Assembly (NCBI GenBank): GCA_009103225.1
Contig: RHPI01001026.1
Location: forward strand, 1 to 31,628
Direction of reading: 5' to 3'
Source: Chlorokybus atmophyticus
Taxonomy: Eukaryota > Plantae > Mesostigma and Chlorokybus algae
Length of the DNA: 31,628 nt
Part shown: positions 21,561 to 31,628 of the stretch, one piece after another
Layout of the letters: every line of letters begins with the position of its first letter
How positions within the stretch are numbered: the stretch's first letter is position 1
Translations under genes and position numbers: made by a program
Notes under the pieces: model-generated
What the model was told of the DNA's origin: nothing
Database searches by the model: none
Seen by the model: only the letters and a program-made list of their open reading frames with translations

Positions 21561-23645
21561 AAGGAGCAGCACCAATAGCCATGATGCATGTCTGACTGGA
21601 TGCTGATAGCTGCTTAAACAGCAGCAGCACATGCACGGTACTAGCTAGAGCAACAAGCATCTTATGCTAATGCATAACAAAATCATATGATATGATTTAT
21701 CCAACTGCTCCTCCTCTTGACACATGACCAAAAGCGTTGCAATATGCCGCTGGGAGAGCATATTGATCCTGGCAGGATCAAACGTGTATGCAACTGCGCA
21801 AGCAGACCATGCACACCTACACATAGTCATGCACATCGCATCAGCCGTGAACAACATACATATGCCTTTACAAATCATCAACAATACAATTTCAGAATTA
21901 TAAAAACATGTATGAAATTACATTGGTATGTAAGAAATACCGCAAGTGCGAAGCACAATCGTTAACACGGATTCTCACATATTGAAAAGCCCACAAGGTT
22001 TCATAGTCAAAAGCACATGAAAGACATATGGGGTCAATTCATTTAATAAGTAAACATATTTCAACATGCGTCCGTCACCTCGCCAACGATTTGAAATATG
22101 CATATGTTGGGCACTGTTTGATCTGCTATATAGGCAACTGCCATGCGGGCAGAGGTGCTGGACCACATCAACCACCGGTTGGGCGCAATCCCACTGCGGG
22201 CGCTGTTCCTTTAAAGGTGCCGCACCAAGAGCCATTAAAGGCGTCACCTCCCTCCACCTCTCCAAGCCCCCGAGGAAGAATCTATGCCTCCGGAAGAAGC
22301 AGAGGACCCACATGCAGATTGCAAAAAAAGCCCCCCGGTATGGCAGCTTTCAGATAATGCTAGGATCGTTGCATGTCAATAGGTTTGGCATTGTGTGTGC
22401 AGCCTGACGGAGGTCGTTAGCAATGCAGACAGTCCATTCAACATGCTTGCTTGACTGCATATGTCACTGACATATTGTGTCATGCATGGTGCGTGGCAGA
22501 TGCACGACGGTAATGCTGGGTATCGGGATATGCCGGAGGGCGAGTACGATATGGAACACATCGAGGTAATGATAGCAGTGCATCTTGGTGAGCTATCATT
22601 CCTAGCCACTCCCATTAAAGCCACTGTGTGTGGTTAACGCTTTGTGGATATGACTTGCTATTGTGCAAATGACTGGTCTTGGCATGGTTTAGCAGGCAGC
22701 ATCGCAATGCCACAATTTTGTTGGTGCTGACATCAACAACCAGCACATCTACAACAAGATGCACACAAAGGCACGCGACGGGGTGTCATAAAATAGTGTG
22801 CGATTGTGGATGCGCGCGGGCGGCTAAAGGACCGATGGGATGTGAAGTACTATCCGCTTGTCACATCAGGTCCGGCAAAGTTGCGTGTTGCAAGGCTCAC
22901 AATGTATACAGGATACGCCGCTGCAAATGGACTATACACAATTAACCTCGAGCAAACTTACAAAAGGGGCTGATAGTGGATGTTGCGTTTATCAACGAGA
23001 CGGTCTGCTTTGCCAAGTCAGAAGAGTCGGACACCAAATATTCTGCTTGAAGTACGAGTCCGCGCGTGCAAATTAACAGCAAAGCCACGACAGCAAGGTA
23101 CAAGTGCAGCGTATATATGAGTATGAGTACAGCTGTAGAACACGGTGTCAATGGGGACATTGCTTTGCAGGTACCTCTCCTCACCATCCGCCTGCGAGTC
23201 ACATATGCATGCATCAAGTGATAATTTCAGCCGGCAGCCTTTAAGACGGTCCAGACAACCGCCTCCTACCATGATCCTGTCTGTGCCAAAACCACATGGT
23301 AATTGGCCTACTTTAGCCTTTCAAATAGCCTATTATAGGCTCTCCGAAACTCTTTGTTCCGTCTTTATGCAATGTCTACTTGCTGCACCAAACTCTCTAT
23401 TTGTTAATGTCACCTTAGTTTTTTGACACTCTGCTGCATCGCATAATCAGCTGCCAAGCCTCTAATATACCTGGAAACTTAAACCAGCCACTATCTGTTC
23501 AATGTCCGATGACATGCATGACAGCCACTTTGCCATTTACAGCCATGTCCGGTCCTTGCTGCCAGACAGGTCGATCATTCATACGCTCGCCACATAATCA
23601 GCATAACAGACCACCTGGTATTGGCAGTCAATTTCATGGTGTAGC

Positions 23646-24137
23646 CACTCCGCAAAGCCTAATCTTTACCTGCACACTTTGCATAATGCCTCAATATTGG
23701 ACTAGATACAGCCTGGTTAATGTCTGGTTATAAGCAAAATGGAGACTCCACCCACTCTGGCTCACATCTGCTGAAATTACCAGATACCTCTGCTCCGGAC
23801 CTGCTCACCGCTTAGACCCCGCACCAGACCACCTGGCACAGTAAACAGCCAAGTCCAGGCACTCTGCAAATCCTTATCTTTACCTGCACACTCCGCAAAA
23901 TGCCTCAATAATTCAATTAGACACAGCCTGGTCAATGTCTGGTCGCAAGCAAAATGGAGACTTTACCCACTCTGGCTCACATCTGCTGAAATTACCACAT
24001 ACCCCTGCTCCGGACCAGCTTTCCACTTAGATCGCACACCGCACTAGACCACCTGAAATTAACAAAACTTCCAAGTCCAAGTTTAGGCACTCTGCATAGC
24101 CTAATCTTTACTTGCACACTCTGCAAAATGCCTCAAT
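23646..24137. repeat. Tandem repeat, ~2.2 x 214-228 bp
   Basis: CACTC(C/T)GCA(A/T)AGCCTAATCTTTACCTGCACACT recurs at 23646, 23860 and 24088. The block GCAAAATGGAGACT...CCCACTCTGGCTCACATCTGCTGAAATTACCA occurs twice. Confidence 0.88.
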
Positions 24138-24651
24138 GCGACTAGAGAGACCCTAGTTTTGACCCAGTCATTATCTGCTCAGCACCTGGCGTGCTTTCGT
24201 CTTCGGACATTATGGTCCAGTTTGGATGATACCTGTTATGCTATTTTTGCTGGACCTTGGGTAGGTAAGGACCAGAGTGGTGTAAGAATACCACGAACTT
24301 ATCTGCTGGTCAACTTGGCAAACTTGTCCACAAGCACTATGGACGGATGGAAGTCCCAATAATGTCACCGGTGCGGCACCTCGTAGGGGAAGTTGCAGCT
24401 CAGCACCAAGGGAGGAAAGGATGATCTCCGGCCTCTACTCAGCTCCAGCCTAAGGCACGCACGTACGCCCCCCCAACACACCCACATGCACCACACCACA
24501 ACATCGCACCCCACAAGGGATGAGGGGAAGAGCCTCTTCAAAAGCTAACAACCAGGCACCCCACACACAGATGGCCCTCTTGTAAGGCAAACACACACGT
24601 ATTTCTTTGTCAATACTGATCCGATCCCTACTTAAGGATGGAACTTAACAA

Positions 24652-25825
24652 TTATACCACATGCTGCTCTCCCGACCTGGCACATAGGACGTCAAAGGCC
24701 ACCGTGGACGTGTCATTATGGGCTGACCTTGTCCCTACAATGGAACCAATAAACTTTACCTCGGGAGTATCAAACCACCTTGGGTTATTGTAGTAGTAAC
24801 ATTCCGGCCTCGGAATCACAAACTCAGACTCTCCTAGTACATATGTTCTTGCGGATTGCCCACATGCACTACTTGCCTCGCGACTGTCACACCTGTGGCA
24901 AATTGCACTACTGCAATACACATCCTGTGGTTTGCCAATGTGGCTCACAATCTTGTAACTGTCACTTCCTGTGGCAACGCACAATACAATAAAAAGGCTC
25001 ACATGCTTTAGGCACTAACCAGCTCTATGCTAGCCCAGCATCAATGCCTTGTGTAGTTCATCATACTCAAGGCCTCATTGGCTCAAGAGCGGACCACATG
25101 AGAGCACACGCCGTAAGCACTTACACTCGCTTTTGAAATGGAAAATCCCACTTGGTCCCTTTTTACTAAAGTAAGTAAGGGACAGAGAATGACTTTTGCT
25201 AGTCTTATAAGCGTGACAGGTGGACCCTAGTCCAACAACTATATATACCTAGTCTTCCCACCTAGTCAGCACCTGCTCTTGTCAGTTTTTACAGCTAGTC
25301 CACTCTATGTGACTCTGGCAGGTTAGACCTGAGCTAGGTAGTCACTAAGGAACTCTTTGGTGAGGTGTCGTTTCAACACTCGCCAGTTTCTGACTCAATT
25401 GTGCACATGTTGCATCGCATGTAACCAGACGATGTCACTTGTAGCATACCGGTGATGTGCTGCGCGCAGGTGCACGATGACGCCATGATATCATAGCATC
25501 TGCATAGTCAGGTGGCATGTGTGTGATGAATGCACATGTGCGGCTCTGCAGTTGCCTTCACGATTACAAGCACGCATCTCAACATCGCTCGTCGGTCAGC
25601 TCTTTGCATGAGAGCAACAACACTCACCCATGCTGCCACTGACGACGTGTCTAGTTTATCAACCTCGAGCAATTTCCAATGGTAAGTGACACAATGCGAC
25701 AATACAATCTGGAAGGGAGCCAACCGCATGCAAAACACACGGTACCGCAGCAGCTGCATAAACTCTATTACGCGTGTTGCACCGCACTCTGCACAATGGT
25801 GCGCATGCGCGAGCAACTCAACCAT
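24652..25825 (-). pseudogene. Possible decayed multi-exon gene of unknown family
   Basis: Exon-like 25708-25628 (CAG|IVLSHCVTYHWKLLEVDKLDTSSVAAW|GTGAGT) and 24968-24652 (SDSYKIVSHIGKPQDVYCSSAICHRC...YYYNNPRWFDTPEVKF...). The intervening coding-like segment contains stops. Confidence 0.3.
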
Positions 25826-26094
25826 GACTCACGATAGCCAGTTTGTGCACAGATGAAAACTGCCCAACAAGCCGAGATGCAAGCAACAGTCGTGCTCAGC
25901 AGGAAGCCAATCATACAGCGACACAGACCCGCCCGCAAGAACAGCCTAGAACAGTATGGTACTAGTTCGTGTGGGTATCAGTCAGCCACAATCACACCTG
26001 TACACGGTACACACAAACTCCTGATCACTCCCACAGACCGACAGGCCCACGCCTCAACTGTGCACCACCAACATCCTTGTGCTTCGCTTCCCTC

Positions 26095-27316
26095 TCATGG
26101 GTTCCCCGCGCTCCCGCTCTCACCCATATGGCGCGTAGCCGCGGCCTGCCAAAATGTGTGGTGAGACGAGCGGTCAGAGACACATGTGTGGTAAGAGTGT
26201 TGCTGTGTGGTGTAGTGGGCTTCTCTCACAGCAGCAGTCTCATCTGTCCCCTCACACGTCCCACTTACCAGCGCCTGATCTGCGAGTCCTGCCTCCTCGA
26301 TGAATCCCCCGCTCTGCACCGCCTCCGCCGCCGCAAGACGCACCGCAGCATCCTGACATAGTAAACCAATCTTGCTGTTGTTGTGTGTTCTGGTCACTAG
26401 AATGAGATCAGGGACAGTGCATGCAGCTCAGTGTCTTTGTTACCGTTTTCATGGGCACCCCGCTGTGGTACTCCGGCGGACCCACCGCATCCTCCACAGG
26501 GTACCTGTACACACACACGCGCACGTGTTGGCACAGATAAAGCTGTGTGCACCGAGTTGCTGTGTGCGTCATGAAGATGATCACTCGCTGAGGGTTGCAG
26601 GCGGGGAACTCGCCTCGCGCATGTCGGTCGGCCACAGACTGTTCACATGAGTAAGAACAGAGGGAAAATTTCAGATATACACACAACAACAACAACAACA
26701 GCAAGAACGACAAGTGTGTTATTGAGGCGCATGCAAAGAAGTGATTGAACTCTTGTGCACAAGTGCGTCCAAGTACGCTCGAACAACTCATGAATATGTA
26801 CACGTGCAGGTGCAGCAGCCTGCCAGTATGCACTGTACCGCCAGACACAGTTGCGTTTGAGAGTATTATTGTCATCACATTCACACAATTACATTCCCAC
26901 CCACCCACCTGCGCCTTTACCGCGAATCCCCCCTTCAATTTTCCCGCCCGTCTGATGCGCCTCAGCAGACTCGATCCAGGCAGCACCCGACTGCAAAACA
27001 GAGTGCGCATGTGCGTACACATGCATGAGTGTTAAGCACAGACATGCATGTGTGCAATGAGCATCCCGTGTGCGTGAGTGTACGTTTGGAGTCAGTCCAT
27101 TCAAGCATGCAGTGTGTGCTTGCACGCGCGCGCGCAAGGGACGGCATCATGCTAGCTGGTGGCATGCCAAACATCAGAAGCTACAGTTACTGAGAGTAGT
27201 AAGGCTTGCATACTTTGTACCATACCCCCCCAAAAACTCACCTTGGTCATGGGCACTCCGATAGGCAGGTACTGCGGCGGGCGCAGGTCGAGATTGACGT
27301 TGACATTGGAAGACAT
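26095..27316 (-). CDS. Two-repeat SMP (seed maturation protein / LEA-type)-like gene, copy A; 6 exons, apparent frameshift in exon 2
   Basis: Exons 27316-27242, 26990-26909, 26638 to ~26589, 26504-26444, 26352-26269 and 26145-26095. Repaired protein (~134 aa): ...PPQYLPIGVPMTKSGAAWIESAEAHQTGGKIE[K]GGFAVKAQSVADRH...PPEYHSGVPMKTDAAVRLAAAEAVQSGGFIEEAGLADQALAAATRH.... This resembles the SMP pattern PMT..AA.IQSAEA..GG...G.FA..AQSAA as I recall it. Intron 3 needs a GC donor or in-frame retention. Confidence 0.62.
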
Positions 27317-28210
27317 CTTGGCTGCTTGTGTACTCGCGCTCTCGCTCTCACCTTGAACCTCCACGAGATAACAACAACAACAACAGCGAACAGGAAAAAA
27401 ACACAGGAGGACAAGAAGAAAGAAGCCTCCTTGTTTGGTTTGGCTAGCCCATCCCCGGTGAAAGGGATGTGACAAGGCGTCAGTGATCTACGAGACTGAG
27501 TGCTGGGCTGAGCTGCTATACAGGTCCCGATGCTTCTATCAACGACATGCACAGTATTGCTGAGGTCAGCACACGCGCATATGGGACGTCAGCAGTGCAA
27601 AAGGAGACATGATGATGCAAACACAACCCGTAGACGTACACAAACCCTGTACATTTACACAGTTGCCACAAGTCACCAACGTGCATGCACTTGCTGGGAA
27701 ACGGAGATGCAGGCAGTCACCTGTTGCGCATGCATGCAAGAAGACGACGGGTATTCATCTACAATCAGTGCGCTTGGCAGAAGTAAACCTCCCAAAACAA
27801 CCTTCCCTCGAGGCAAGCAAGCATTGACGTGCCTTTTCACGCATCCATGTGACTGTGTGTGATTTGTGTGCATCGTGCACACTAGCTACATACCCGCTGC
27901 ACGTGCCAGATGCTTCGTGCTGCCGCAGTCACAAGCAAAAGTGGATTGGTTGGACACGCACAGAGTATGGAGTAATGCTTGAACAGAAGAGTCATAGAAC
28001 TATTCTTTGTTGTGCAGAGCTCGAGCTAGTGCCATGCCACTCACAATTAGTGGACTCATTCCTCTAGAGGCTGAGCCATTATCACTATACCACTTGTCCC
28101 TCTCAAAGTCCACAAGAGGACAAGACAACTGCACATGACATGTTTGTGTACCGGCACCCAGCACACGGCAGCCCCATTGTGCTGGGAATGCTTCCTTCAG
28201 CAATTCTCTC

Positions 28211-28669
28211 TCACACCACATCCTTGCACCAGACGAACCCAATGGCCACGGTGATAGGCGCGGACCACAGGTTGTCGTTGACCCAGGTGCATCCGGCAAT
28301 GCCGCCATACAGGATGGTTTCGAGCAGAGCAACGCCCGGTGGGTTCTCGGAAGCTTTGCGGCATATGACCTGCACGGCCTTTCCAGAGCTCTGATCGTTA
28401 GGCTGGACATTGAAGATGTTGGCTGTGTTTCCGTTGAAGCTGTATTCACTCTGGAAGTAGTAGCTGGAACATCCATCTGCCGCCAGTGACCGAGGCACTG
28501 GAATACACTCTGGGGAGCCGTCTGAGGTGCATGGAGAGGCGGGGATATTGTAGTAATAGGTGTTCGTCAACATGTTCACTGGCCTGCAGGTTCTCGTGGT
28601 GGTGGCATGAACACCCGCAAGTCCTGTTGTCACCATGATGACTGCTGCCAGGAGCAGCGCCGTCTTCAT
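28211..28669 (-). CDS. Small secreted cysteine-rich protein, copy A (152 aa, unknown family)
   Basis: Intact single coding exon: MKTALLLAAVIMVTTGLAGVHA (signal-peptide-like) plus a 130-aa mature region with 7 Cys. A probable 5'-UTR intron ends just upstream (TTGATGCAG), with a TATA box further upstream. A paralog lies in arm B. Confidence 0.85.
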   Translation of the reverse strand: MKTALLLAAVIMVTTGLAGVHATTTRTCRPVNMLTNTYYYNIPASPCTSDGSPECIPVPRSLAADGCSSYYFQSEYSFNGNTANIFNVQPNDQSSGKAVQVICRKASENPPGVALLETILYGGIAGCTWVNDNLWSAPITVAIGFVWCKDVV

Positions 28670-28956
28670 CGCCATCTGCATCAAGAGTAGATATCCACAC
28701 GTGAGCAAGTCGGTTTTCCCCGTGCAAACCGAAGGCCAAGCAGCTGACAGTACGCGTCTTGACATTGATAACTCATCAATGTCAAGACGCGTACTGTCAA
28801 GACGCATGCCAGCATGTGATCTACCACAATGACAGTGTGCAAGGCGAGCTTTACCGGTGCTAGAGGGAGCCTGGTGAGTGGCGGGCGCAGACCACAAGGT
28901 TGTCAACGGCAGTGTCTTGAGGCTCGAAGTATGCGTTGCTAGGAGACCTTCCCCTG

Positions 28957-28963
28957 TTTTATA
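28957..28963 (-). promoter_or_regulatory. Candidate TATA box of secreted-protein gene A
   Basis: GAG-TATAAAA-CAGGGG on the minus strand. The homologous site in arm B (29769-29775) reads TACAAAA. Confidence 0.5.
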
Positions 28964-30032
28964 CTCGACTGAGACTGAGGTCTTTCTTGGCCGGTTGCCG
29001 CGGCCTGACGACGCAGCACAGAGGGCATGGCGCAGATAAGCGGCGCCTTGCTCAGCTCTGTGCAAGATAGCCCGCCTGCCAAGTGTGGATGGCGCGCGCA
29101 GTGCCGCGGCCCGAAAGTTGTGGCTATTGCGGCATGACATGATGCTGCCGCCGGCATCTTACTCAGCTCGTAACCAGGTAGTTGCGCTGTCAGCAGGGAA
29201 ATATAATAGTATATTAGTACGTACATCCTATAGGCTGTGTATCACAGCCCGATAAGATAAGGCGTCGAGTTCGTCCACACAAAGCGACTCCGCGACGCAT
29301 CAATACGGTCGCCTTGCTTTTACCGCGCCAAACACGGTGTAGGGTATAGGCTACCACCACGTGCTGCCAAAAGATCCGCGTCAGCACCAGTCACGCCTAG
29401 CCGCACTATCAAGACTCAGTACCGCTCTCGTCGCATGCAACCAGTTGACAGCACAACACGTCACGTCAACTTCAACTCCTCCGAGAGCGTCTGAGCAGAA
29501 CAACACAACACACAGCAGTTAGGATAAGGTACTACTACATTTTCCCTGCTGACAGCAGCTTACTCACCTGGCGGCCGGCGGGCTTGCCTTGGGCTGAGGA
29601 AGATGACGCAGCAGCCGCAATAGGCCTCGTGCCGCGTCACAGCGCGCGCCATCCACTCCTTGCAGGCGGGCCATCATGCCCAGAGCTGAGCAAGGCGCCG
29701 CCATGCCCTCAGTGCTGCCGCGGCAGCCGTCGAGACGGACAGACGAAAAGGCCTCAGTCTCAGTCGCGTACAAAAAGGGGAAGGTTTCCTGGCAATGCAC
29801 ACAGCGAGCTTCAAGACACTGCCGTTGACAACCTGGTGATCTGCGTCCTCTACGCATCAGACTCCCTCTAGCACCTGTAAGTCTTGCCTTGCACACTGCC
29901 ACTGTGATGGATGACATACGTTCTGGCATACGTTTTGTAAGTATGTGGACATCAGCAACTGCTTGGCCTTCGGTTTGCATAGAGAAAACCGACTTGCTCA
30001 CTTGTGGATTTCTGCTCTTGATGCAGAACGCG

Positions 30033-30487
30033 ATGAAGACGGCGCTGCTTCTGGCAGCAGTCATCATGCTGACAACAGGACTTGCGGGTGTTCATGCTAC
30101 CACCACGAAAACCTGCAGGCCAGTGAACATGTTGAAGAACGTCTATTCCAGGGTCCGCGCCTCTTCATGCTCAGCAAGCACCACCGGACCGTGTATTGCA
30201 CTGCCTCCGTCACTGGTGGCAGATGGATGTTCCAGCTACTACTTCGAGGCTGCCTATAGCTTCAGCGGAAGCACAGCTAACGTCATTGAGGTCCAGCCTG
30301 ACGACCAGAGCTCCGGAAGGTCCGTGCAGGTCCTATGCCGCAAAAATAACGTGGCACCACCGGGCGTTGCTCTGCTTAAGCTACGATCTATGAAGGCACT
30401 GCCATATGCACCTGGTCCAACGACAACCTGTGGTCCGCGCCTCTCACCGTGGGCGTTGCGTTCGTCTGGTGCCCCACTGCGGTGTGA
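30033..30487 (+). pseudogene. Small secreted cysteine-rich protein, copy B, with a 1-nt deletion (pseudogene or sequencing error)
   Basis: Starts MKTALLLAAVIMLTTGLAGVHA. The frame is lost at CTT-AA-GCT (30378-30379). Restoring one base gives ...VALLxATIYEGTAICTWSNDNLWSAPLTVGVAFVWCPTAV*, collinear with copy A and with all 7 Cys kept. Confidence 0.85.
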
Positions 30488-31341
30488 GAGCTTTGCTGAA
30501 GCATCCCCAGCACAATGGCTGCCGTGTGCTGGAAGGTACACAAACGTGTCGCAGCTGTCTTGACCTTGTGGACTTTAGAGCGACAAGTAGTAGGTAGTAA
30601 CAAAAAGGGCTCAGACTCTTCCGTTAAGCATTGTACTCCAAACTCTGTGTGTCCAACCAATCCACTTCTGCTTGTGACTGCGACAGCACGAAGCATCTGG
30701 CATGTGCAGCGGGTATGTAGTTTGTGTGCACGATGCACACATCACACACAGTCGCATGGATGCGTGAAAAGGCACATCAATGCCTCGAGGGAAGGTTGTT
30801 TTGGGAGGTTGATTTCAGCGCACTGATTGTAGATAAGTACCCGCCGTCTCCTTGCATGCATGCGCAGGAGGAGGTAACAGTTGCCTGCATCTCCGTTTCC
30901 CAGCAAGTGCATGCACGTTGATGACTTGTGGCAACTGTGTAAGTGTACGGGGTTTGTGCACGTCTACGGGTTGTGTGTGCATCACAACGTCTCCTGTTGC
31001 ACTGCTGACGTCCCTATATGCGCGTGTGCTGACCTCAGCAGTACTGTGCATGTCGTTGACAGAAGCATCGTGATCGGCACCTGTTTGGGGTGTAGCAGCT
31101 CAGCCCAGCACTCAGTCTCGTACATCACTGACGCTTTGTTACATCCCTTTCATCGCACCATTGCAACCCAGCCCAGCCCAGCCCAGCATAGCATAGCGTC
31201 CCCATAAGCGAAGAAATGAGTGAGTGAGTGAGTGAGTGAGCAAGTGAGCTCAAGTACCTTCTGCACACCAGGGGTGGGCTAGCCAAACCAAAACAAGGAG
31301 GCTTCTTTCTTCTTGTCCTCCTATATTTTTCTTTTGTTCGC

Positions 31342-31342
<1 letters not shown>

Positions 31343-31384
<42 letters not shown>
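31343..31384 (+). repeat. (GTT)14 microsatellite upstream of SMP-like gene B
   Basis: 14 perfect GTT units. The homologous site in arm A (27370-27384) has only 5. Confidence 0.95.
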
Positions 31385-31434
31385 GCTTTGAGGTTCAAGG
31401 TGAGAGCGAGAGCGCGAGTACACAAGCAGCCAAG

Positions 31435-31515
31435 ATGTCTTCCAAGGTCAATGTCAATCCCGACCTGCGTCCGCCGGAGTACCTGCCTACCGGAGTGCCC
31501 AATGGCATGACCAAG
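31435..31515 (+). CDS. SMP-like gene copy B, exon 1 (rest lies outside the window)
   Basis: MSSKVNVNPDLRPPEYLPTGVPNGMTK|GTGCGT, homologous to exon 1 of copy A (MSSNVNVNLDLRPPQYLPIGVPMTK|GTGAG) with the same donor position. Confidence 0.7.
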
Positions 31516-31628
31516 GTGCGTTTTCCGGGCGGTACCATGATGGTACCGAGTATGCGAGCCTTTCTACTCTTAGTACTTGCAGCTTCTAACGTTTGGCATG
31601 CCACCAGCTAGCACGATGCTGTCCCTTG

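Larger units (their letters stand above)
27135..29230 (-). repeat. Inverted duplication, arm A (>=2.1 kb)
   Basis: Its reverse complement aligns with 29520-31628 throughout. For example, 27614-27715 has ~5 mismatches in ~100 nt. The outer limit is set by the window end. Confidence 0.93.
29520..31628 (+). repeat. Inverted duplication, arm B (runs off the window end)
   Basis: Reverse complement of 27135-29230, separated from it by a unique 289-bp spacer (29231-29519). Confidence 0.93.

Noticed and set aside
25853-26650. Plus-strand ORFs (25853-26164, 25969-26361, 26372-26650) as a gene
   Set aside because: They are antisense shadows. The minus strand has consistent splice sites and the repeated SMP-like motif.
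9750-29117. Shared 16-mer GCCGCGG(G/C)CCGAAAGT at ~9750 and ~29103, and 12-mer AACCTCGAGCAA at ~22946 and ~25662
   Set aside because: Matches of this length are expected by chance in 31 kb, and neither extends into flanking sequence.
28682-29140. Long N-terminal extensions of the 309-aa (28211-29140) and 224-aa (29889-30563) ORFs
   Set aside because: The extensions run through promoter and 5'-UTR intron sequence and are not conserved in frame between the arms. The conserved start is MKTALL.

Overview
This window is the left end of a eukaryotic chromosome; the organism cannot be identified from the sequence. About 19 copies of (CCCTAA)n (TTAGGG-type telomere) join directly to the middle of gag in a decayed Ty3/gypsy element. 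That element carries a solo LTR with a perfect 5-bp TSD and is followed by a small TRIM-like LTR element. The first intact gene is an 11-exon, ~839-aa GT2 membrane glycosyltransferase (4099-7915). The middle of the window is a TE graveyard with tandem repeats: a related LTR, a chromovirus RNaseH-integrase-chromodomain fragment, a PIF/Harbinger-type MITE, a 135-bp array sharing a motif with that MITE, and a Harbinger transposase pseudogene. The right end holds a >=2.1-kb inverted duplication around a 289-bp spacer. Each arm carries a two-gene module: a small secreted Cys-rich protein of unknown family, then an SMP/LEA-like gene. The two secreted paralogs differ by ~49 amino-acid replacements but only 5 silent changes at conserved codons, a strong sign of diversifying selection. 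All alignments, counts and gene models were made by eye, without database searches.
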